Assembly (NCBI GenBank): GCA_004431415.1
Contig: QPMI01000588.1
Span: forward strand, 1 to 64,000
DNA from: Cyanophora paradoxa CCMP329
Lineage: Eukaryota > Plantae > Glaucophyta
Direction of reading: 5' to 3'
Length of the DNA: 64,000 nucleotides
In this document: in pieces, positions 48,232-59,000 of the stretch
How positions within the stretch are numbered: the stretch's first letter is position 1
How the letters are laid out: every line of letters begins with the position of its first letter
The notes under the pieces: generated by a model
What the model was told of the DNA's origin: nothing
Database searches by the model: none
What the model saw: only the letters and a program-made list of their open reading frames with translations
Program-made: the position numbers and the translations under genes

Positions 48232-48445
48232 TGTCTATATATAGCGTGCGGGATATCGATTGGTGTGGGGGCACGCGGCGATGCGAGCTATCGAACTATC
48301 GCTGTCGCTTCTGTAGTACTAGTATTGCAAGTAATTATAACAGTGTATCCCTAATGAATGTGCTGTACCCGGACAGGCCCGGCGTACCCGTAGTAGCTAT
48401 AATAAGAGGTGGCCGAGGCGTACTGACGCCGACGCCCCGGCCCAG
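48232..48445 (-). mobile_element. Degenerate, truncated solo LTR of the same family
   Basis: Shares GCGTGCGGGAT, CGCTTCTGTAGTA, TGTATCCCTAATGAATG, GTACCCGGACAGGCCCGGCGTACCCGTA.TAGCTATAATAAGAGG.GGCCGAGGCGTACTGACGCCGACG with the young LTRs, plus substitutions and 6-nt insertions. Confidence 0.88.
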
Positions 48446-48778
48446 GCCACCGTGCATGTGATTTTCTTCTCCGCCCTCCCCGGCCACCCGAGGCGGAGAA
48501 GGCCGGGTGGGGGGGAAGGGAAGGGGGGGATGGGGTGGGGGTGGGGGGGGGGGGGGGGGGGGCGCGAGGAGGCCTAGGGGGAGGCTAACTACTCACTATA
48601 GCTAGCCGCTTGCAATTGCAATTGGCTACTCTAGACCTAGATCTGCAGCTCGTCAGCGGAACATTAATCGATATCGAACATGCAAAGGGATTCGTTTGAG
48701 CTCCGGATGTCCATATAGCTGGATCAAAGAAATCGAAATGGATGGACTATACTATGCCAACAGTGCTTCCATCGAAAT

Positions 48779-50495
48779 CTATCGCTTGGGGCGGCCCTTT
48801 GGCGCGCTGGGCGGGGGGCAGCAGCCGCAGCCGTGGCCGTGGCCGCCGGCCCCGCCCTTCTTCTTGCAGGCGGCGCCAGCGGGGGCGTTGCGGCGCGCCC
48901 CGAGGGCCCCCGTATGCGTCACCTCGAGCTGCGCCGCCGCCAGCGCCGCCAGCAGTCGCTCCTCCGCCAGCGCCCGCCCCCGCTCCAGGATCGCTATTTG
49001 GCCCTCCCGCCACGCCCGTGCCGCTGCCGCGCGCGCCTCGCCGCCGGGGCCGCCCTCGGGCCACGCCGGCGCCCCGCGCAGCGCCTCCAGCGCCTCTCCG
49101 CAGAGGGCCGCGAGGCACCGCTCCGCCGCCACCTCGCCCCGCGCGCTCACCGGCTGGTCCTGCAGCGCCAGGTACCCCGCCGCGTGCTCCTGGGAGGGGC
49201 GCGTGAGGGGTACGTGCGGGGCGGGTGGGACCCGGGGGGTACGGGCACCTCGTCGTTCATGACGGCGACGCGGAGGGCGGCGCGGAGGCTGAAAGACGGC
49301 TCGCCCGTCGCCAGCAGCTCGTGGCCCCTGCGAGCGCGCCGGTTCGAGGGGTACGGGCGCGGAGGGGGGTACGGGGCGCACGCGGCGAGGCCGTTCTCGA
49401 AGAGGAGCTGCGCCTTGAGCGCCGCGAGCTCCTCGGAGGCGTTCTGTGCCTCCCGCGCCGCGTCTAGGGGGTACACTCGTCGGGCGAGGCGCGGGGGGCG
49501 GGGTCGGGGCGGGGGGCGGACCGGAGGCCTTGAGGGGGGCCTTGCCACGGTGGGCGGGCCGGGCAGGGGCCAGCGACTCGCCCACGAAGGGGAGAACGGC
49601 GCCCTCGAAGACCATCCGCGCCAGCCGCTCCGTCAGGTCTGCTCGGCGGGGCGGGGCGGGGCGGTCAGGGCAGGGCGGGGGCGGCGGGGCGAGGGCGGGG
49701 AGGGGGCGGGGAGGGCGCGCCGGCGGTGTCGTCGGGGTTGGCGCCGGGCGGGAGGCAGAAGCCGTAAGTCTCGAGGAGGGCGACGTTGGGGTGGGCGCCG
49801 TAGCTCAGGAGCACCTCCTCGCCCGCCGCGTACCCCCGCCGCGCCGTGAAGCGGTAGCAGCCGCCGGCCGCGTCGTGCGCCCCGTCCGACTCGCCCGCGC
49901 CGAAGTTGAAGAGGTCGCCCACGGGCGCCAGGCAGTACTTGTCCCCCGGCGCCGCCCCCGGCGGCGCCGCGTAGAGGCCGCGCGTCATGACACAGCTCCA
50001 CGCCCACCGCGCCTCCTCCCGCAGCGCCCCCGGGTCCCCGTCCCGCGGCGGGAGCGCCCCCGCGTGCTCCGCGACGTACTTCTCCACCTCGCGCTCCGCG
50101 CGCGCCGCCTCCGCCGCCGCCCGCCGCAGCCTGGAGATCGCCGCCTCGTCCCCGAGGTGCGCGAGCTGCTGCTCCGACCAGAAGAGCGGCGTGTCGAACG
50201 CCCGCGGCAGGACGCTCAGGTAGGGCGCGTGCTCGCTCGCCTCGCCGAGCCGCCGCTCCCGCACGAGCCACAGGACGAGGCGGCCGATCGGGCCGAGCGC
50301 CTTGTCCTCCACGCCGGCCGCGCGCGAGGTCACCAGCAGCGCGTCGGGCACCTCCAGGAGCGCCTCGCCCGCCGCGAACGCCCGCGTCGCGACCAGGCCG
50401 AGTCCGCGTCCCGGCAGCGACTCGACCCGGAGGTCCGGCCGCCGCAGCCCGCGCTCGGCCGCCCACGCGAGCAGCCGATCCGCCTCGGCCGCCAT
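48779..50495 (-). CDS. SET-domain lysine methyltransferase, SETD4/SDG40-like (Rubisco LSMT class)
   Basis: GRGLGLVATR, PYLSVLP...TPLFW, WAWSCVMTR, CLAPVGDLFNF, GEEVLLSYGAHPNVALLETYGF. 3' exons and stop are less certain. Confidence 0.85.
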
Positions 50496-50600
50496 AGCTC
50501 TGCTAGCTACCGGTAGGCAGAAGTTGGCCAGGTGCGGGGGGTACAGCGCCAGGAAGGAAGTCTGCTCAGACTCGGCTGCAGCCGCACAGGGACGCGCAGG
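50496..50600. promoter_or_regulatory. Putative compact bidirectional promoter / 5' UTR region
   Basis: Only 105 bp separate the divergent start codons of the SET gene (50495) and DDI1 (50601). Confidence 0.55.
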
Positions 50601-52518
50601 ATGCAAATCACGGTGTCGGATGAGACGGGCGAGCACTTTGCGGCCATCGAGGTCGATGGCTCCACGAGCCTGGACGACCTGAAGGCCATCATCGAGGCGG
50701 AGCGTGCGCTGGGCCCGCCGCGCGCCGGCTGCCGCATTGGCTGACAAATGTGCGTCTGCACCGCTCAGTGAACGTCCCGATGGCCCAGCAGGTCCTGCTG
50801 GTCGACGGGAAGCCCCTGTCGGCGCCGAGCGCGCTGAAGGACAACGACATGATCCTCGTGCGGAAGTACGCTCCTCCGCCGCCGGCCGCGGCGGCCGGCG
50901 CTCCTGCGGCCGCGGGCGGGAATCCGGTTCGCATGCTTCGCCTGCATACACGCGCGTCGTCTGACCGCGGCCCCGGGACGCCGTGCGCAGCACATGCTCC
51001 AGGCTCAGCAGTTCATCGACGAGGTCCTGGCGACGCCCGGCGCGGTGCGCCCGCCGGGCGGCCGCGGGCAGGTTGCCGCCGCTCCGGGGCTGACGAGGGC
51101 GGGGCGGCGTGCGCAGCTGGCGAACCTGAAGTTCAACCAACCGGCGCTGGGGGAGGCGATCGAGCGGCGGGACCTGCAGGCGGTGGTGCGGATCATCACG
51201 GAGGCGGAGAAGCGGAAGCGCGAGGCGCAGCTGCGTCGCCTCGAGAAGATGCGGCAGCTCGAGGAGGACCCCTTCAACGTCGAGCTCCGTGCGCCCCGAC
51301 CGCGCCGACCCCGCCGCCGCCGCCTCCGCCGCCGCCGCCGCCGCGGGCGCGGCCGACGCCGGCCGCAGAGCAGGAGATCGAGAAGGAGATCCAGCAGGAG
51401 AACATCCAGGAGAACATGGAGCTTGCCATCGAGGAGGCACGCCGCCCGCGCTCTTTGATCTTTCCGGACACGCCCTCAGAGCTAGCCGCAGGTGCCGGAG
51501 GCGTTCGGATCGGTGGTGATGCTGTACGTGGACGCGAAGATAAACGGGCACCCCATCAAGGCCTTCGTCGACTCCGGCGCGCCCCGCCCCCGCCGTCGCC
51601 CCGCGCCGCGGTCGCTCGCTCCCCTCACGCGCGGCCGGCGCAGGCGCCCAGTCGACGATCATCTCGATGAACGTGGCGGAGCGGTGCGGCCCCCGCCCCG
51701 CCCCGCCCCGCCCCTCCACGCCCGCCCCCAGGCGACCCCCGGGGCGCAGGTGCGGGATCATGCGGCTGGTGGACAAGCGGTTCTCGGGGATCGCGCGGGG
51801 CGTCGGGACGGGCAAGATCGTCGGCCGCGTCCACGTCGCCCAGCTCCAGCTCGGCTCGGCCTTCTACCCCTGCACCTTCACCGTCCGCCCCCTCCCTCTA
51901 CCCCCCCACCCCCCCACCCTCCCCCTCCCACCTACCCCCCCCCTCCGCCCCCCACCCCCCGACCCGTTTTGTTTCCTCACGTACCCCCCCCCCCCCCCCC
52001 CCCCCAGGTGATGGAGAACCAGGACATGGAGTTCCTGCTGGGGCTCGACATGCTCCGCCGCCACCAGATGGCCATCGACCTCCGCGTCCGCCCCTGCGCC
52101 CCCCCCCCCCCCCCCCCCCCCCCCCCTTAAGCCCGAGCAGGAGAACGTGCTGCGTGTGGGGAGCGAGGCGGTGCCGTTCCTGTCGGAGAAGGACATCCCG
52201 CGGCACCTCCTCGGCCACGAGGCCGAGGCCTCCTCCTCCGCAAACTCCGCCCCCTCCGCCCCCACCTCCCCCAGCAGCGCCCGCCACCCCGCCCCGGCCC
52301 TTGCCCCCGCCTCCTCCGCCCCGGCCCCGGCCCTCGCCGGCCCCGCCCCCGCGGCCCCACCGGCGGCGGCCCCACCGGCGGGGAGGGGCGGGGCGGTGTC
52401 GGAGGAGAAGATCGAGCAGATCGTGGCGCTGGGGTTCGACCGGCAGCAGGCGGCCGCCGCCCTCGCAGCCTGCGGGGGCAACGTCGAGCTCGCCGCCGCC
52501 ATGCTCTTCCAGCGCTAG
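50601..52518 (+). CDS. DDI1: DNA damage-inducible protein 1 (UBL - helical domain - retroviral-like aspartic protease - UBA)
   Basis: UBL MQITVSD...[11 protein letters not shown]; EDPFNVE; [14 protein letters not shown]|[13 protein letters not shown]; [12 protein letters not shown]; [24 protein letters not shown]; [12 protein letters not shown]; [29 protein letters not shown]. Confidence 0.96.
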
Positions 52519-53042
52519 CCCGCCCCGCCCCGCCCGCCGCCCCGCCCCGGCCCGCCTCGGCCGGACCCGCTAGCTTTTGGTGTCGGCATGTCGGCCTAGG
52601 CCCGCCGCTTGTGGCCCCCCGCGATCTGTGCAACGTGTGCAGACTCGCTGCCGCCACCTGCCGGTCCCCCTCGCCCCTCCGGGGGGCGTGGCGGCCTGCT
52701 GCCGAGCCTCGGAGGGGGCGGCCCGGGGAACTTATAATCAAAATTGAAATAAGGGAACCTCCGCTCTCGCCTGGCTTGACTCGCGTGGTCGCATTTTATG
52801 CAGATCGCCAGCGGGCCCCTCGTTAAATTAATCTCCTATGTCCTGTCTTCTCTCATCTCTCCTTTTTTGGCTAAATCATTTTTTTAACATTCGATTCCTC
52901 GATCGGGCCATTTTCTCTTTCCCCCCCCCCTCATTTTTTCCCATTCGCCCCCAATTTGGCCCGAATTCTCAACCCAACCGGTTCGCCGCAGTTCGCCGCT
53001 CGCAGCGCAGCAGGCCCAGCCGCGCCGCGCCGGGCCGCGAGG

Positions 53043-56000
53043 ATGGCGGACGCGGACGAAGAAGACCGCTTTAAGGTTCGCTGACACTAGTAAAAAGGGG
53101 GTAGCAACTGACCTAAAAGCGGGCTAAAACCGGGCTAAAGTCGGGCTAACATAAGGTCGGACGTAATGCCCGGATTAGATCGGACCTAAAACGGATTTGA
53201 TCGGACCTAAAACGGGTTAGATCGGACCTAAAACGGCTTAGATCGGACCTAATGCCCGGGCTAAATCGGATATATGATCGAAGCTGAGCGCTAGCCATGG
53301 TCCGGGCTAGAACGCATGGTCCGGATATGATCGGACCACATGTACATATTATCATGAGCGCTAGTTCATCGGTTCATGAATGATCATGAAAGAAAGGTCT
53401 TGTGTCTAGTACTAGTTGAAAGTTGAAACTTGAAAGTACGTGCCGCCGCGTGTGCATAGCGCCGGCCATACGTCGTGGCGCGGCCCGCCCGGCCGCTCGC
53501 GTGGATCCGTGGATCCGTGGCATCGCTGTGAAATGCGCGCCGGGCCGGGGCCCGGGGGTGCGGGGCTCGGGATTGAACTGCGAGCGGGCTACTGAGCATG
53601 CGGGATCTCTTAATAGCATCTTAATGACTTATATTCGGAGTTGCAGAAGCTGGCTGCGAATGGGCGGGGCGGAATTATGCTGGGAGGAAAAGGGGGCCCT
53701 CGTTACTACGAATCCTGAATACCGGTACAGGCTTTAATCGGCTGGCCGCGCAAACGCGCCCATCGTCTCCAGCACCCTCGAAAACCCCCATCTACACCCT
53801 TCTGGATATTTATGGTATTCCGTAAAATGTAAAATGCGCCATACAATCGAACGTCGGGCGCCGCCCGCTGCCAGCGGCTGATCCGCGACTCATCCGGCTC
53901 CTTTCGCGCAGCTGACTGTGCTTGGATGGACGCCCGAGCAGCTGCTCGACGCGAATCTGCTGGCCGCCGCGGTCGCGGCCGCGCCGCCCCTCGAGCTGCG
54001 CTCCGTCGGCGGCGCGATCGCGACGTCGACGGCGGCGGAGCTGCGGCGCGCGCTGGAGCCGCTCGTGCTGGAGGAGTGCCGCGCGTCGCTCGCGCAGGCG
54101 CTGGAGCGCGCCTCGAACGGCGGGGCGCCCTCTGTGGGCCTCGGCGTCCTGGACGTCCGGAGCCCGCCCCGCAGGGCGCCGCTGAAGATCGCGCGGGTCT
54201 ACTTAAAGTGCAGCTCGGCGGATCTCGACCCGACGACGCTCTTCGGCGGCAGCGTCTGGCTCCTCTCGGACGCGCCGGACGGGCTCTCCGGAGGCAGGGC
54301 GGGAGCGCGCTGCGGGCTGGCGATCGTGCAGGGCCAGCCGCCTTCGGAGCGGGAGCTTCAGCCGGACACGGAGCCGGAGCCCGATCCGGAATACCGTCTG
54401 CAGTTTCTGGGCGGTTCTCTCAATCTGGTGCACAGCCCCCTCTGTTATTTTCGCCGAATTCGAGCCATCTGACAACCAGTCAGGACGAGGGCGACGCATG
54501 GCACGCGGTGCACCTCGGGACCATCGTCACGGAGCAGCGCATCGCTTCTAAGCTCGCCGAGCTGGAGAATGACAGGCGCTGGCGCCTCCTGCCCTTCTTT
54601 CTCAATCCCGCCGGCTGGACAGCAGCGTCGGCTGCAGCTGCGGGCGCCGTCGGCGGCGGCTCCCTCCTCGGGGCCGACCTGGCGGCCGAGATGCGGCAGG
54701 CACTCGAGAAAGTCTCGGCGGCGCTCCGCCTCAACGACTCGCAGCGCCAGGCCGTCTCGCGCGCGCTCTTCGACACCGCATCGCCCGTCCTCCTCATCCA
54801 TGGGTGTGTGTCTCGCTATCGCAAATTTCCTTTGATTTCTGTCCCTTCTGACGGAGCTGGCAGGCCCCCCGGGACGGGCAAGACCGTCACCCTCGCCGCC
54901 TACCTCTCCCTCTTCGTCGGCGCCTCCGCGCGCACGGAGAAACACGGGTCTTCGACGTCGACCGGGCGCCGCCTGCGGGCGCTCGTGTGCGCCCCGACGA
55001 ACGTGGCGGCTGCGAACGTCGCCCTGAAGCTGCTGGGCGTCGCGGCCCGCGACCCCAAGTTCCCGTTGCGCGACCTCGCCCTCCTCGCCTCGGAGGAGCG
55101 CCTCGTGCGTCTCCAATTTAAATTGCGCTAAAGCTTCGCCTTGCCCGGCGGCCTCTTTTGAGCATGAGGGCGAGCAGGAAGTGACGCCGGAGCTGGAGCG
55201 TGTATTCGTGAAGGCGCGGGTGCAGCGGCTGCAGGGCGCCATCGCGCAGTGGTCGCAGGCGCTCGCCAGCGCGGCGGAGCGGCTGAAGCCGACGGCGTCG
55301 CCGCAGCTCAGCGGCCGCGAGGTGGAGGCCCTCGCGGCGGACCTCGCACGGCAGATGGCGGAGGCCGTGCAGGTTGTGGAGCGCGACGCGCCGGACGAGC
55401 TGCCGGGTGGCAGGACGCGCGTCGCCATCCTCAACGCGGCGGCGCAGGCCTCCAAGCGAATCGAGGAGGCCGCGGACGCGTTGAAGGTGAAATAAAATCG
55501 AAATCGTGCTTTTTTTAAAAAAGCATTGAGTAGCATTAAAATCCTCCCCGAGACCGCATTTAATAGCACCGGTGCTTTATTCCGCAGATTTCGAAATCGG
55601 TCGAAGAGCGTGAGGCCCTCTTCGTCGCCGTGCAGCACGCCGGGGGCGTCTTCAGCTCGGCCGCCCGCGTCGCCCGCAGCGCCTGGGAAGCGCACGTCGT
55701 GACCTCAGCCCGCGTCGTCTTCTGCACCCTTGCGACGGCCCACAACTACGGCATGAGGCAGGACACGGGCTTCGACGTCGCCGTCGTCGACGAGGCCGCT
55801 CAGGTACACTAGTACTGCTCCGCCGCGCTTCCTTTGCCTTCGAGCGCGTTCAACCGGGTTCGGCAGGCGCCCGAGGCGCTGACGGCCCTCGTGTACCGCC
55901 CGGGGCTGCGGAGCCTGGTGCTGGCGGGGGACCCGAGGCAGCTGCAGGCCACCGTCCTCTCCCAGGTCCGGCCCCTCGAGACCAGCTCCAGTCAGCCCGA

Positions 56001-59000
56001 GATGGACCGTTGACGGCGCACGCGCACGCGCGCGCGCGATCCTGCATCGCGTGCAGACGTGCAGCAGGCTCCACTACGGGCGCTCCCTCTTCGAGCGCCT
56101 CGAGCTGCTCCGCGGCGAGGCGCCGGCCATCGCCTACGAGCTGCTGGACGAGCAGTACCGGTGCGATCGTGTGCATGGTTGCGAATTCGAATTGGTTCGG
56201 GATCACTCATCGACGGCGCAGCATGCATCCCGAGATCTCTCGATTCCCAAATGAGCAGTTCTACAGGGGACGCGTCCGCGACGGCCCGAGCGTGGCGAAA
56301 GAGGCGCCGTGGCACCGCGACAGCGACGATCTCTTCCCCCCGATCCGCTTCATCAACGTGCGCGACACCGGCGAGAAGAGGACGGACTACGACGGTCGGA
56401 CGAGCTACGCGAACGAGTCCGAGGTGCGCATCTATATGAATATTAATGGGGCCATGGGGCCATTAATGGTTGCGATTAATTTGCCTTAATTTATTGCACT
56501 CACGGAGATTTGTGTATACGCAGGCTGACCTCGCGACGTTCCTCTGTCGTACGTGGTTCAAGCGATACAAGGAGACCGGCGCCTCTCCGAAGTCCCGCGT
56601 CGGCGTTATTAGCCCGTACAGCGGTCAGATCGTCCTCATTGAGGTACTTAGCTTGCAAAAGAGCTGGTACCTTATAAATAAAATACGCCTTACGCTTAAA
56701 ACCGCGTTCGATTTAATGACGCCGTGTTCGGCAGTCCCGCCTGGGTGGCGGAAGGATGCCCGCGCAGCAGCGAAACCGGTCGAGGGCGGTCGCGAAATCC
56801 AAAGGCGACGCTCCCGTCGAAGTCCGCACCGTCGACGGATTCCAGGTGCTGGCTTCGTCTCGCAGATACCGTTTTCTACAAGCGATATCGGTTTCAGGGC
56901 GGAGAGAAAGACCTCATCATCTTCTCCGCGGTCCGCTTCAAGGGGATCGGCTTCCTGAGCGACCCGCGGCGCCTCAATGTCGCGATCACGCGCGCCAAGT
57001 CCTCCCTCATCGTCATCGGCAACGGGGCCACGCTCCGCAGGGACGGGAACTGGCGCGCCTTCCTCGACCACCTCCACGGCGCCGGCGGCGCGCGATCGGC
57101 GGGCCCGGCGCCCGTGCCGCAACACCTGCCGGCTCCCGTGACCTCTGCCTTCGTGAACGCCGAGGACCATCCGAAGCTGAGTGCGCAGCTCTCGGAGGAG
57201 GCACAAGCGAGCGCCAAGCGGGTAAAGCAGCTCCGGAAGGCGAAGGGAGAGCTGAGAGCGGCAGGGGACGACCCGCGGATGCCAGGTCCCGATTCCATCT
57301 GGGGCGTCGTCGTTTCCGCCCAGGCGCTCGCGGCTTTGAAGGTCCGCCACGCTCGACTCAGCGAGTCAAAACCGCCTGCAGCTCAGCATCTATAATTTAA
57401 TTTCTCATCGGTGTGCGCAATCGCAGGAGATCGATCGGGACGAAGTCGTGGAGAGTGTCTTGCGGCTCGCCGCTGGCCGCTGCAGCAGCAGCGCAGCAAA
57501 GCGCCGCCAGCAGCTTGCGCAGGAGCGCCCCTTGATCGAAGTCGACGGCGACGAGCGCGCTCCGGGCGCCGGCAGCAACACTGCGAGCTCGGGGCAAACG
57601 TCGCCGGCCGCGGCAGCCTCTAGATCTGCAGCTGGAACCGATCACGAGCTCACTTACACCGTTGAGGTCTGTGCTTTTCATTTTCTTGTGCGCGAAATGA
57701 ATGCTTTGACGCGATTGCTTTCTCAATCAGGACGAGCGCGTCGCCGAGTTTCGCCTTCTGTGGGGATTCTGCCTTGCTACGAGCCGAGACCGAATCGTTC
57801 AGGTCAGAGCACAATATCTCGCTAGTGTAGTATCCAAAATGCGTCTGTAATTTCCGTGATCAGGCTATCCGGCTGTACGAGATCTGTATGGTCAAGAATT
57901 CATCTGACAATGAAATGGTCGCGGAGGCCAAGGACAAAATTCGGCGGACGGTGGAGCGCACTTACTCCGATCCCTATCTTAGCGCCTGCAGAGACTGCGT
58001 TCTCGAGCGCGGATCTCGGCCTCTTCCAATGGGATCGGACTCGAACTTCCGTTGGTGTGTTGACGGCGAAGCTAGAGTCGTCTTGCGGTGAATTCGACGC
58101 TGTACTAATATGCAGCGGCGCAGGAACCGTCCGGCAGGCGCCGCAACACTGATTAGAGGACAACAAGCGGACACCGTCGACCTTCTAAAGAACTACCAGG
58201 TGCTAGCGACCTTTCTTGCACAGAAATGACCTGGCACTTGTAATTGACACTGCGCGCGTTTTTACAACGCATGCGCAGCTGACTCTCGAGTCCGTGCGAA
58301 CCATCGTCACTGGCAACGGGCGCGCCCGTTGCCAGGCGATCGAAGCCGGAGGAGCAGGCGATGCTGAAGCCGGAGGAGCTGAAGCCGGAGGAGCAGGCGA
58401 TCGCCCTCCACCGCGAGTCCCTCTTCCTGCTCGGCCGAGGAGGAACGGGGAAGAGCACGGTGTGCACACTATACGATATCGATGTTTGTTTCCTTGAGCT
58501 TCTCAAATCGTGCTCGTCGCAGATTCTAATGTGGCGAATGGGGGACAAGGAGGAGCGGCGGCGTCAGGCGCTGGCGGAGGGCTACGAGCAGGCCGCACAC
58601 TTCCGGCAGCTGTTGGTGACCGCCAACCCGCGGCTGTGCCGCGACCTGCAGACGCAATTCCGCAAAGTCTGCAACGCCCTCCCCGCGCTGCCGGTTCGTC
58701 CTGGGATCCGCTGTCCTGTGTTTCCTGGCGTGCGACGGCTGTCGCAGGACGAGCTCGAGGTGGGCGCGGCGCGCAGCTCGAAGCGCCTGACGGCGCTCTC
58801 CGAGATGACGGCCCCCTACGCGTTCATCACGTTCGAGCGGCTCCTCAAGCTGCTGGACGCCGACCTCGAGATCCGCTACTTCTCCGACGCGGTGCGCCGC
58901 TCGCAATCGCCCCGACAACGATGAAATCATAAATCATTAGCTATCCCAACTTCCGGTGTTGCATTGGCTTTATGTTGAGCGTGCCCGTCTTGCCGCAGGA

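Noticed and set aside
49895-49925. SET motif reads DLFNF instead of the canonical NH, suggesting a dead enzyme
   Set aside because: SDG40-type plant proteins have an aromatic residue here (PVGDLFNY), so this is a subfamily trait
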